Source: an uncultured Candidatus Saccharibacteria bacterium
GTDB lineage: Bacteria; Patescibacteriota; WWE3; UBA101185; UBA10185
Assembly: GCA_964615625.1 (NCBI GenBank)
Contig: CAZTQT010000005.1
Span: forward strand, 1 to 54,829
DNA: 54,829 bases
Reading direction: 5' to 3'
Made by a program: the position numbers and the translations under genes. The notes beneath the pieces were generated by a model that was not told the DNA's origin, searched no databases, and saw nothing but the letters and a program-made list of their open reading frames with translations. Below, piece by piece: positions 1 to 9,157 of the stretch. Numbering within the stretch: the stretch's first letter is position 1; each line of letters begins with the position of its first letter.

Positions 1-36
1 CTGCGCTTCCTCTTAGTTGCTACGCAACAGGCTTGC
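1..36. repeat. Truncated copy of the structured repeat found in the second tRNA-Val copy
   Basis: CTGCGCTTCC (1-10) is the reverse complement of GGAAGCGCAG (24115-24124). It is followed by a hairpin GTTGC-TAC-GCAAC and AGG, the same layout as CATCGC-GTA-GCGATG-CAGG in the reverse complement of 24091-24124. Cut by the window edge. Confidence 0.6.
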
Positions 37-91
37 GCCACGATATATTAATTTACTTGTAATAGGTATTGAAAATTTGAAAATTTGAAAA

Positions 92-1813
92 TTAAATAAA
101 GTTAAATTTATCTTCGGGGTGTGGCTCAGTTGGTAGAGTGCGCGGTTTGGGACCGTGAGGTCGGCGGTTCGAGTCCGCCCACCCCGACCATTGTAAAAAC
201 CAATGTTCAAAATCCCCCTTATTTGCTCCCACCATAACTAAATCATCCAGTTCGCTAGTTTCTGAAAAGCTTTCTATAATTTCTTGGCTATTTTTTAACA
301 CAATAAATGGTTTTATAAGGTCAACAATGAGTTTTCCATCTAAAATGTAAAAGTTCGCGCCTAAAGTTCTTAATATTTTAGTTTTTTGTTCAGGAGTTCC
401 TTTTTCAAAAGCTAATTTTGCATTCTTAGTAAACTCAAATGTCCTAATAGCTGTATCCATCCAATCTAAAGTATCGACTTTTAATTTTTCTAACTTTGAT
501 TTCAAATCATTAATGGTATCTTCATATGTTTTTCTAGTTAAATCGTATTCTTCAATATCATTTAGACTTCCACGTGTATATAAATTAGTTAGTCTTACTA
601 TCCCTGCCTGTTCCTTTTCCAAAGTATCTTCTAAATTTCTAATTATTAAAGTTTGTTTATCTTGCTCTTTTTCGTTATTTTGTTTAATCCAGGAAATAGC
701 CCAGTTTGAAAATTCCTCGGATATAGTTATTTGTTCTAATAACTTCTTAACTTGCTTATCTATTTCGTTTATAGATAATTGCTTTTGTGTACATTTAACT
801 TTGGTAATATCATGGTTGCACCTAGCATATGAATAAGGCTTTATAGAACCAGAGGCAAGTTTTTTATTTTTAACATAAGGAATATAACTGCTCCCACACT
901 CACCACACTTGATTAAACCTCTATAGGGAACTTCAGTGTATTTACTAGGTCTAGGACGACCTTTATCTCCTAGAATATCCTGGATTACCCAATATTCTTC
1001 CTCTGTTATCATTCTAGGAATACTCTCATGAATTTTATATGTATTTCCAGCCCATTCATGCATACCAAAGTAATAAGGGTCACGTAAAAACTTGTAGAAA
1101 GTGCTTTTAGCTAAAGGACTATTACCAGTTTTCTTAGTTTTTATAGTTCTAAACCCCCATTCATTATTAAGTATATCTAGTATTTGAGATACCGAATAGC
1201 TTCGGGTCATGAACAGGTCTACTGATTTACGTAAAAGATTAAATCTAACCTCGTCTTTCTCAATTGTAGGCTCTCCATAAGGATTATATTTGTTTATATA
1301 ACCAATCTTAGATTTACCAGGCATCCATCCTCTTAAAACCTTGTCTTGTTGCCCCCGTTTCACATCTACACTCAAATCTTTCACATAAACATGAGAACTA
1401 CTAAATTTATTATAAAGACTAGCAATATCACTAGAATTATCTAAATAGATTTGCTGTGGGGTAACAATTGCAGTAATAAAACCTTTGGATAAAAAATCAA
1501 TTAGTATACCTGCCTCTGTAGCGTTTCTTGATAAACGATTTGGATGCCAACAAGCTATAACTTGATAATCACCTTTCTTTATAGATTCAACTAAAGCATT
1601 AAATATAGGCCTTTGAAAAGCGTCCTTAGCAGATTTAGCCTCCTGTAAAATAGACTGTTTTGAATAAAATAGTCCTAACTCATCGCATATATGTAAGGTT
1701 TGCTTAAGCTGGCTTTCCAAAGATGCAACCTGTCTATCTTCTGATTCAGTGCTTTTCCTAGTATAGATAACGGCTTTTAAGCCTTTTAATTGTGCAGAGT
1801 TAAAAATTTCCAT
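92..1813 (-). CDS. Large serine recombinase (resolvase, recombinase, Zn-ribbon and coiled-coil domains)
   Basis: Catalytic YTRKST motif, RLSRN motif, CGECG...C...C zinc ribbon, C-terminal coiled coil. The last ~32 residues (WSGWADSNRRP...) are the antisense reading of tRNA-Pro and its upstream flank. Confidence 0.93.
   Translation of the reverse strand: MEIFNSAQLKGLKAVIYTRKSTESEDRQVASLESQLKQTLHICDELGLFYSKQSILQEAKSAKDAFQRPIFNALVESIKKGDYQVIACWHPNRLSRNATEAGILIDFLSKGFITAIVTPQQIYLDNSSDIASLYNKFSSSHVYVKDLSVDVKRGQQDKVLRGWMPGKSKIGYINKYNPYGEPTIEKDEVRFNLLRKSVDLFMTRSYSVSQILDILNNEWGFRTIKTKKTGNSPLAKSTFYKFLRDPYYFGMHEWAGNTYKIHESIPRMITEEEYWVIQDILGDKGRPRPSKYTEVPYRGLIKCGECGSSYIPYVKNKKLASGSIKPYSYARCNHDITKVKCTQKQLSINEIDKQVKKLLEQITISEEFSNWAISWIKQNNEKEQDKQTLIIRNLEDTLEKEQAGIVRLTNLYTRGSLNDIEEYDLTRKTYEDTINDLKSKLEKLKVDTLDWMDTAIRTFEFTKNAKLAFEKGTPEQKTKILRTLGANFYILDGKLIVDLIKPFIVLKNSQEIIESFSETSELDDLVMVGANKGDFEHWFLQWSGWADSNRRPHGPKPRTLPTEPHPEDKFNFI
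115..190 (+). tRNA. tRNA-Pro(TGG)
   Basis: 76 nt cloverleaf: acceptor CGGGGTG/CACCCCG, anticodon arm CGCGG-TTTGGGA-CCGTG, GGTTCGAGTCC T-arm, encoded CCA. Confidence 0.97.
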
Positions 1814-1834
1814 AGTCTAATAAAATCCTATCGT

Positions 1835-2020
1835 CTATTTAACTTTTTTAGAGCCCTCTTTTTGAAAATATTCTAAGTCGTAGTAGTCTCCTAAACATTC
1901 CTCTACAAGCTCCCTAATTGACCTCTGAAGTCGTGCAGCTTCTACTTTGAGGAGTTTATGCCATTGCGTATCTATACGTATCTGTTTTGTTAGTTTTGTG
2001 TCACTTTGTCGACTTTTCAT
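1835..2020 (-). CDS. Small ribbon-helix-helix-like DNA-binding protein (possible regulator or directionality factor)
   Basis: 61 aa with beta-strand then two helices (TKQIRID-TQWHKLLKVEAA-RSIRELVEECL). GGGGG RBS, directly upstream of the recombinase. Confidence 0.6.
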   Translation of the reverse strand: MKSRQSDTKLTKQIRIDTQWHKLLKVEAARLQRSIRELVEECLGDYYDLEYFQKEGSKKVK

Positions 2021-2079
2021 AAAACCCCCTTCGGGGAGTTCTCTGGTCCGTGTTCCTACTCTTGAGGCTATATATTTAT

Positions 2080-2100
2080 TAGTAACTAGTTACTAGTAAC
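2080..2100. promoter_or_regulatory. Overlapping perfect palindromes (candidate operator)
   Basis: TAGTAACTAGTTACTA (2080-2095, 16 bp) overlaps GTTACTAGTAAC (2089-2100, 12 bp), 60-80 bp upstream of the RHH-like gene. Confidence 0.5.
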
Positions 2101-2306
2101 ATGTAACTTATTACTAAGAACAAGATACATGTTCTAGAACCTTAGCCTCTGTCGTGAGGTATCCGTCCAGGTGTGGTAAAACATCTTCTATGGCTCCCTT
2201 TCGGAGATGTAGGCTACCCACACAGCCTCTGCCAATTTAATAAAAGTTATTTCTAACCTTTGGTAGACAATCAACAAGATTACCTAACAAAAGTTACAAG
2301 TTTAGT

Positions 2307-2474
2307 TCAACTCTCATTACTCTGATTAACTAAATTAGGTTCTTCTAGTAACATCTTGAAAAACAAAAAAACTCTGGTTGCTTTATCTGTAGCCTCTTGA
2401 AAGGTTAATTCGACACCAAAGTTCTTTTTGTATATTTGTATAAATTCTTTAATTGCTTCTTCTGGTAAAACCAT
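2307..2474 (-). CDS. 55-aa helical hypothetical protein (below the ORF-track cutoff)
   Basis: Hand translation: MVLPEEAIKEFIQIYKKNFGVELTFQEATDKATRVFLFFKMLLEEPNLVNQSNES*. Co-oriented with the recombinase module. Confidence 0.7.
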   Translation of the reverse strand: MVLPEEAIKEFIQIYKKNFGVELTFQEATDKATRVFLFFKMLLEEPNLVNQSNES

Positions 2475-2526
2475 AAAAGCACTATATAGAGAGAAAGTTT
2501 TTATGTATGGGTATATAAGGTGACTC

Positions 2527-3174
2527 TTATGACTCTGAAATACCTGCAGTATTTTTAATGGATTCTAATATTTTATTAATTTGGTCTTCTGACACGACAA
2601 ATAATTTATTAGAATTTTCTTCAGATAAGTTAGCCATATGGATTGCTATTTCTTTATTGGACATTCCAGCAAGGTGACAATTTAGTATTTCTATATCACG
2701 TTCTAAAAGATTTTCATCACGAAGTTTATAGCGTTCTTTTGTAAAGGCGAAATGACTTACTTTTATATCAGATACAAAATCCCAAATTTCTTTTATATCC
2801 TTGATGGTGGTATGGTCCCAAATTTGGATATTCATAGTTAAGTCTTTTTCTCCCTCATTACGCCCATAAGAAACAACTGGTAAATCATCTATATCTATTT
2901 GCTGATTAAAGAGTGTGTAATAAACTAAAAAACGTTGCCAGTACGCAGGAAGATTGTAGTTATTCCTCAAACTTACTACGTGTTGTGAAAACTCTTTTGG
3001 CATTTTTCTAGCAATTGAAAACTGCTTTATTTCTTCTCTTTCAGCATAACCTTCGCTTGGGATACTAAATAACTCTCGAAGTTCTTTAATATCTTCAATA
3101 AATTTTGTTGTACTTAAGAGTATTTTTGCACGTTGCAAAGTAGTAGGTTTATTCATTTGGTAAATCTCCTTCAT
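2527..3174 (-). CDS. Hypothetical protein with C-terminal HTH-like region
   Basis: 215 aa. RDIEILNCHLAGMSNKEIA resembles a LuxR/sigma-4-type HTH. Confidence 0.55.
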   Translation of the reverse strand: MKEIYQMNKPTTLQRAKILLSTTKFIEDIKELRELFSIPSEGYAEREEIKQFSIARKMPKEFSQHVVSLRNNYNLPAYWQRFLVYYTLFNQQIDIDDLPVVSYGRNEGEKDLTMNIQIWDHTTIKDIKEIWDFVSDIKVSHFAFTKERYKLRDENLLERDIEILNCHLAGMSNKEIAIHMANLSEENSNKLFVVSEDQINKILESIKNTAGISES

Positions 3175-3721
3175 AAACTAAGGTAGCTTGGTTGAGGTCT
3201 AAACCAACATCTAAAAATTTTTGCTCAAAATATGCTTTTACAACACCTAACTTTTGTCTATGCGTTAATGAATTTTCATCTTCAAAGATATCAAATATGG
3301 AATCTCTACTTACTTGTTTCATTAAAGCACCATTTTTGACTAGAGTGTCATTTAAAACTTTTCTGTTTTTGGCTAAACTTTGAATGGCTTGAAGTTTCAG
3401 TTGAGTAGTAACGGTTTTATCTGTAATAACGTTCCAAAGTTCTTGTTCAAGTTTATAAAAAGTTCTCGAAAACTCAGCAGAATGCCTCTCAATATCAGTT
3501 TCATTTAATTCTGATTTCCAGCCTTCACGTATTTCTTTAATCCAGTTGTAAACAGTTCTTGGAGTAACACCAAAGTGTTCAGATATTTCAGTTGCAATAT
3601 TTATATCCTTCCTAAAAGGATATCTAACTAACAAGTCTTCCAATGATATTAGAGCTTGTTGTTTCTTGAGTTCTGCAATAGAACCCCCTTGTTTTTTTGA
3701 AACCAATGAATCTGTCTTCAT
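3149..3721 (-). CDS. HTH DNA-binding protein
   Basis: 190 aa. IATEISEHFGVTPRTVYNWIKEIR is a classic HTH, followed by a helical region. Confidence 0.65.
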   Translation of the reverse strand: MKTDSLVSKKQGGSIAELKKQQALISLEDLLVRYPFRKDINIATEISEHFGVTPRTVYNWIKEIREGWKSELNETDIERHSAEFSRTFYKLEQELWNVITDKTVTTQLKLQAIQSLAKNRKVLNDTLVKNGALMKQVSRDSIFDIFEDENSLTHRQKLGVVKAYFEQKFLDVGLDLNQATLVYEGDLPNE

Positions 3722-3744
3722 AGACTCATTATAACCGAAGTGAC

Positions 3745-3774
3745 AAAAAGCATAGGGCAGTATTTCTACTGCCC
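3745..3774 (-). terminator. Intrinsic terminator after the SH3b gene
   Basis: Minus strand GGGCAGTA-GAAA-TACTGCCC followed by TATGCTTTTT. Confidence 0.65.
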
Positions 3775-3781
3775 ATATAAC

Positions 3782-4153
3782 TTACTTAAACGTAACAATG
3801 TTTTGACCGACCCAACCTTCGGTATCTTCATACCTAATCTTGTAGTAAGTAATTTTTTGGTCTAGTTCATTTGTTACTTCTTTTTCATCTATAACAAGAA
3901 CATCACTTTTATTTGGTATTTTTGCAATAGGAGTTTCTTTACCAGGCATCTCTGCAGTTGCCCAAACATTAACTCTAGAATCGGATAGTTCATCTAAATC
4001 ATCACCACCAACCATTGCTGGTTTTTCTATGTAAGCTTCTTGTACTACTTCTTTTGTATCTTCTTTCTTAGTATCAGGAGTAGGGGTGACAATTAACAAA
4101 ATAATAAAACCTAAAAGTATAATTCCAATCCACTTTAGTACTTTTTTCAACAA
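3782..4153 (-). CDS. Membrane-anchored SH3b-like domain protein
   Basis: N-terminal TM helix (WIGIILLGFIILLIV), then VNVW...VLVIDE...YYKIRYEDTEGWV. AGGAGG at 4164-4159 favours a TTG start at 4153 or 4150. Confidence 0.65.
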   Translation of the reverse strand: MLKKVLKWIGIILLGFIILLIVTPTPDTKKEDTKEVVQEAYIEKPAMVGGDDLDELSDSRVNVWATAEMPGKETPIAKIPNKSDVLVIDEKEVTNELDQKITYYKIRYEDTEGWVGQNIVTFK

Positions 4154-4155
4154 AA

Positions 4156-4338
4156 TCACCTCCTTAATTTCAATAAATTTGTTTTTACTGTAAAAATCGG
4201 AAGTAAGGAGCTAAATAACGCTATCTCTGGGAGCTCCAGAACTAGTCGTATGGAATTTTTTGTTGTATTTATGCTGAAATATAGCCATTTGAAATTGGGT
4301 TCCAAATATTGAGTTGTGGTGCTTTTATTGCCAAACAT
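4156..4338 (-). CDS. Possible leader ORF, 60 aa
   Basis: GGAAGG RBS 10 nt before the ATG. Its stop abuts the RBS and start of the SH3b gene, and it lies under a structured leader. No recognisable domain. Confidence 0.3.
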   Translation of the reverse strand: MFGNKSTTTQYLEPNFKWLYFSINTTKNSIRLVLELPEIALFSSLLPIFTVKTNLLKLRR

Positions 4339-4339
4339 A

Positions 4340-4453
4340 AAGGGACAACCTTCCGGTATCCACAGCTTGGCAGCAATAGACCCTATGGAAAGGTTGCCCC
4401 TTCATGGGTCCATTGCTTTTTTAAGCATGTTTAAGTAAAGCTGCCAAGCTGTG
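4340..4453 (-). promoter_or_regulatory. Structured leader with alternative anti-RBS pairing
   Basis: Perfect 14-bp IR CACAGCTTGGCAGC (4361-4374) / GCTGCCAAGCTGTG (4440-4453). 4387-4402 is nearly complementary to the RBS region 4340-4354. Confidence 0.55.
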
Positions 4454-4559
4454 TTTAATTTACTTGTTTATTATATCAGGAGTTTTTGATATTCAATACA
4501 AAAGGATATCTTAAAAAGAAATTGTGGTGGTTAATATTAAGAAATATAATAGTCTTAGC

Positions 4560-7500
4560 ATGACTAAACAGAATACACACGATGAAAGCATAGAAGAAAT
4601 TAAAACGCTGTATAAGAAATACTCTGCTGAAGATGTTTTTAGTGCACTTTTTGCGTCATCCCTCTGGCTCCCTAACAGCACTAGTTATATTCAACACCAA
4701 CTATTTGTAGCTACAGCTCTGGCGCTAAAACAATCAGCATATCAAGAAAAGAACAAAATCAATGAATATAATAAGCTTAAGGAATTCCTTGAAAAACTGT
4801 ATGCGCTAACATCCGGATATCCTACCTTTGAAGACTATATACCAACCTTGGATTGGGGAGAAGTCAAATTTCCATATGAAGATGAACAATACAAAATACT
4901 ATATGGCGGAGAATTGGACAATGCGTATGATTATATGACCCTTTTCAAAATACTTTACTGCAATATGGACGGACACTATCAGGAACAAGTGAAACGCAGT
5001 CCTACAAAGGAATTCGAAGGATTTCTAATACTACAAGATAGTTTGCTAAATAAAATAACCTCCCAAAAGAAACTCACTGAAGAGGTACCTGATATTGAAT
5101 TAATGCACACAGAAGTACCTACTGAGAAATTTTGGAAAGAGTGTATCTCTTTTATTAAAACTTCAGTTATTACCGAGCTATTTCCAGAAGAATCATTAGG
5201 TGAATTGACTATAAACATGGGCAATTTGAATGAAAAGAGTTTAACAGCTAAGAATTTCTTAAATAAGGTCGGGGACGGAAATCTTTTAAAACACCTATTT
5301 GTTCAGGTAGGTACTAAATACATACCAATTTTACCAAGAAGGGGACTAGCAGTATTACTTGATAGGTGGTCGAACTATTGTAAAAAGCTAGTATCAGAAG
5401 GGGAAACCTCTATAGAAAGGAACTATCAAAAGGAAATAACCATTGAACTTGCAAAATATCTACAGGGAAGACTAAATAAACGAGAACTATTTCCATTAAT
5501 TAGTGCCCAAAAAGATAATAGCGAGTCTCTAGATGAAGTTTTTGCTGCAGGCATTTCCACAGAAGAAACATTTATTGCTGTGTATGCCCTACCACCCGTA
5601 ACTGATAGGGAAAAATGCAAAGAATTTATTAGAAAATATGAAGCAGCTATTAAAGAATCAATAAATAACTTAAAAAGAACACCAGTAAAATTTGCATGGC
5701 ATTTGGAAAAAACAGGAATGCAAGCTCCCTATAACCATGAAAAAGTAGAAACTCTAATTGTAATACCACAAGCTACTACTAAAATGTTTGGAGTAGAGAG
5801 CTTTAAAAACTTAAATCCTCGAATAATGTTTTTAGAAGAGTTTTTAGCAATATTGGATGAGATAGAAAGTGCAGAAGATTTAGTAAAGTATTGGGACTAC
5901 TGCGATGATTTAGAAAAAAATAGTCAATTTGTCCCTATAACATCAAACCTTGATAAATTTGCATCCTATATAGATTCTCACGGTGTCCTTGTACCTGGGG
6001 CTAATACACCAAATATGATATTTATGGACCTATCTTGGGGAACCAATTATAGATACAAATCTCTTGCCAGCTTTTGGGAACTTTATCCCCAAGAAAGCTG
6101 GTATGGAAACCCTAGAGAGTGGAACGTTAAAAAAGAAAGGGAAAACAGCGTAAGAGTCACATCAAAAACTGAGAATATGCATTCAGCAATCTACCTTACA
6201 CTAGGTGATAAAAGGATTTTCATCTCTGCGCCATTTGAAAAGTTAGGATATAAAGAAGGCTCACTAGCTAACCTCTTTGTAGAGTGTGTGGGCGATTATT
6301 TTGCTAGATTCAGCGATTTACTAGAGCAACATAGTTTCTTCCAAGGTAGCGCAACTGTACATACACTTATATTTCCAAATAACCTTACAACATCAGAAGA
6401 TTTTAAGCACATAGTTCACTTGAAACCAGAACAGGATGAGCTATGGAAGCTAGATACTGGTTGGTTCCAACCAGGACGTTTTGGAATAAGAATTGTTTTT
6501 AACATAGAAAAAGTCCTAGAAATGTTTGAAGACATTTCAAGTAATGATATTGAAATTGAGTTGATTAAAGATATTGTAAATGCAATAAATGACAGAACAA
6601 CCAGAGAGGATATCAAAAAAATAACAGACGCAATAGAAAAATTAAGGGGCAATCCTGCCAGATTCAGAGCCTTTCATGCGGATAAAAATGCGGCATTCCC
6701 AGACTTTGTTAATACAATGACTCCTGGAATTCATGAGCATAAACTTGCACGTAAAAATATATCCTTTATTGCAAAAGAAGCAGGGTTAGAACAGGGGTTG
6801 TATGAAAAGGATGAGGCTAAAAAACTAATAGTAGACCTCAGAGCTAAAATATTAGAGCTTATTGAAAAAGAAGTGCAAAAATTTGATTGGGAAGACTCAA
6901 TTAGATTTCTAATAACTAGGACAGACGCCCTGGTACATAAATACGAAATGGCCAGAGCACATGCAAAAAATTCATTAGAGCAGGAGGTTGAATACAACCC
7001 AGAAGAACGCCATGCGGAAGCGCACAATGAGTTTGTATTAAACCACAAATGCTACAGATACTTGATAGAAAAATTTTTACAATTGAAACCAAAAGGTCCC
7101 AAAAAGATTGACAGTAAGGAATTTAAATATATGGCAAGCCTGGTGGACAAATTAATAGAAGTATATGCTGCCAGTGACCACTTATTTTATGGTATATACC
7201 CTGCAAAACTACGTGTTTCTTATGACTATGTAACTAGTGTTGAGTATCCTCAAGACATTGACGCAATGCAAAAAAGATACGGAGAAGAAGAATCACAAAT
7301 ACAGCTAGGAATAATAGGTAATAATCAAGATAAAGTAGAATCCCCTACACCATTCGAAGATTATCTAGATGACTTAGATAAAGCCTTTGCCAAAGACCTT
7401 GGTTTTTCTATAGCGGAATTACTAAGTATTCTTCAAATACTCTCTCAATGGGCATATTTTCAAGAAAAAGTAGTAGAGAAAGCTTACTATCAAACTAAGA

Positions 7501-8294
7501 AAGAGACCATTCAAAAAACATGTATGAAACACATCCCCAATTTGACTATAGAAAGCTTCAACAAAATAATTGACTTTCTTACTTTGGAACAGAATGATTT
7601 ACTTAAAGTAATTGGAGAAAATGAACTAGCAGCGGACTTACCTGTATGGGAACATGATTTACGGCCCTTCCGATACACAATAAGACCTCTAATAGAAATA
7701 GAAGACGACATTGTTTGGGGACCTTATTCAGCTTATAAAACACGTATTATATGGGAGAATGTGGCAATTTATAATAAGTTACCCGCAAATATGGATACCT
7801 ATGAAACTAAAAAAGTTATTGATAGAGAAAAGAAATTAATAGAAACAGCGTTAGAGATAAAAACCCTTGAAATCATTAAGAGACACACAAAATTTGCTGA
7901 TAGTATAAATTATTCTAGAGGTACCCATCCCCAAGAACTCGGGGACTACGATACTTTAGCCTACATAAAAGGAAAAAATGTACTACTTAATATTGAGTGT
8001 AAAGACCTATTACCTGTGTACAACTTAAAGAAGGCAAGTGAGCTTAAAGAAAAGATATTTGATGATACAAAGCCAAAGAAATATTTAAAAAGAGTAGAAA
8101 ATAGAGAGGAATATTTGAAGAATAATATCAATGCATTTAATGAAAAACTCGAATGGGATATAAAAAAAGACGCAAAAATAATTTCACTGTTTATTACCAG
8201 ACATAACTATTGGTGGACTAAATTTCCTCCTATAAGAACAAATGTTAAGTTTATGAGAATAGACTTACTTGAAGAATATCTAGAAAGCATTTAA
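4560..8294 (+). CDS. Large hypothetical protein with C-terminal PD-(D/E)xK-like nuclease motif; candidate defence protein
   Basis: Long uninterrupted ORF (track starts at 4524; ATG 4560 preferred, 1,244 aa). GDYDTLAYIKGKNVLLNIECKD fits D...ExK. Located in the island beside the R-M pair. Confidence 0.7.
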   Translation: MTKQNTHDESIEEIKTLYKKYSAEDVFSALFASSLWLPNSTSYIQHQLFVATALALKQSAYQEKNKINEYNKLKEFLEKLYALTSGYPTFEDYIPTLDWGEVKFPYEDEQYKILYGGELDNAYDYMTLFKILYCNMDGHYQEQVKRSPTKEFEGFLILQDSLLNKITSQKKLTEEVPDIELMHTEVPTEKFWKECISFIKTSVITELFPEESLGELTINMGNLNEKSLTAKNFLNKVGDGNLLKHLFVQVGTKYIPILPRRGLAVLLDRWSNYCKKLVSEGETSIERNYQKEITIELAKYLQGRLNKRELFPLISAQKDNSESLDEVFAAGISTEETFIAVYALPPVTDREKCKEFIRKYEAAIKESINNLKRTPVKFAWHLEKTGMQAPYNHEKVETLIVIPQATTKMFGVESFKNLNPRIMFLEEFLAILDEIESAEDLVKYWDYCDDLEKNSQFVPITSNLDKFASYIDSHGVLVPGANTPNMIFMDLSWGTNYRYKSLASFWELYPQESWYGNPREWNVKKERENSVRVTSKTENMHSAIYLTLGDKRIFISAPFEKLGYKEGSLANLFVECVGDYFARFSDLLEQHSFFQGSATVHTLIFPNNLTTSEDFKHIVHLKPEQDELWKLDTGWFQPGRFGIRIVFNIEKVLEMFEDISSNDIEIELIKDIVNAINDRTTREDIKKITDAIEKLRGNPARFRAFHADKNAAFPDFVNTMTPGIHEHKLARKNISFIAKEAGLEQGLYEKDEAKKLIVDLRAKILELIEKEVQKFDWEDSIRFLITRTDALVHKYEMARAHAKNSLEQEVEYNPEERHAEAHNEFVLNHKCYRYLIEKFLQLKPKGPKKIDSKEFKYMASLVDKLIEVYAASDHLFYGIYPAKLRVSYDYVTSVEYPQDIDAMQKRYGEEESQIQLGIIGNNQDKVESPTPFEDYLDDLDKAFAKDLGFSIAELLSILQILSQWAYFQEKVVEKAYYQTKKETIQKTCMKHIPNLTIESFNKIIDFLTLEQNDLLKVIGENELAADLPVWEHDLRPFRYTIRPLIEIEDDIVWGPYSAYKTRIIWENVAIYNKLPANMDTYETKKVIDREKKLIETALEIKTLEIIKRHTKFADSINYSRGTHPQELGDYDTLAYIKGKNVLLNIECKDLLPVYNLKKASELKEKIFDDTKPKKYLKRVENREEYLKNNINAFNEKLEWDIKKDAKIISLFITRHNYWWTKFPPIRTNVKFMRIDLLEEYLESI

Positions 8295-8361
8295 AAATGG
8301 ATTCTTTTCAAAGTTTATTGGGGATACTAAGGCTGAGACATTCCGATGGTAATATCTAAAT

Positions 8362-9114
8362 ATGAATCAACATAAAGCATGTGTTTTTTGTAAAAAAGAA
8401 GTAAAACTAACTAAAGAGCATGTACTCCCAAATTGGTTGTGCTCCTTATATCCAACGGATGAAATGGTAATAAATGAGTTCACGGGTGCTAGCCAATCAC
8501 AATGGAATTCTAAAATCTTTCAACACACAGCAAAAGTGGTATGCGAAAGCTGTAATGGTGGCTGGATGTCTAAGCTCGAAAAGGACATAAAGCCGCTTCT
8601 GACCAAAATGCTTAACTTAGAACCATTACTTATTCAAAAAGCTGAACAAGAGCTACTGGCTTTCTGGGCACAAAAAACATTTTTAATGCTGAACAAGGCA
8701 ATACCGAATGGCTTAAAAATAACACAAGATGCATACGATGATGTATACAATTTGAAGAGTTCTTCAAAAAAGATTTTAGTAAACTTGGGATGGAGAGCAA
8801 ATTTTCAGGGTACAAAACAAAATCCAATTGCTAGTTATGAAATAAAACAAATTACATCCATACAAGTAAAAAAAGAGCTTGGAAAACAAGTGGAAGAAGA
8901 AAAAAATAATGGTGGTTTTGTATGGAAAGGAGTATTTGCAATAGGTCCAGTTATATTCGAGTTAATTGGGCACAATATGCCAATAGTACTCAATGTAGAA
9001 ATACCTAAAAACAGCCTAAAAACCATACAACCCTATAAGGAAAATTTAAATTGGCCAAATGAATGGCCCGCAGAAGCTGAGGGTGGCCTAGATAAAATAA
9101 AAACCAGGGGATAA
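8362..9114 (+). CDS. HNH-type endonuclease-like zinc-finger protein
   Basis: CVFC...TKEHVLP...VVCESCN pattern (CxxC, EH, CxxCN). Confidence 0.7.
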   Translation: MNQHKACVFCKKEVKLTKEHVLPNWLCSLYPTDEMVINEFTGASQSQWNSKIFQHTAKVVCESCNGGWMSKLEKDIKPLLTKMLNLEPLLIQKAEQELLAFWAQKTFLMLNKAIPNGLKITQDAYDDVYNLKSSSKKILVNLGWRANFQGTKQNPIASYEIKQITSIQVKKELGKQVEEEKNNGGFVWKGVFAIGPVIFELIGHNMPIVLNVEIPKNSLKTIQPYKENLNWPNEWPAEAEGGLDKIKTRG

Positions 9115-9157
9115 GGTAACTTTATGCTTTGAGATAGAAATAGTACATAACAAAGAA

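Noticed and set aside
71-93. GAAAATTT tandem repeat upstream of tRNA-Pro
   Set aside because: Under three units of low-complexity AT sequence; no evidence of function beyond possible promoter A-tracts.
13-210. 65-aa minus-strand ORF
   Set aside because: Antisense shadow of tRNA-Pro in a different frame from the recombinase; no RBS or domain.
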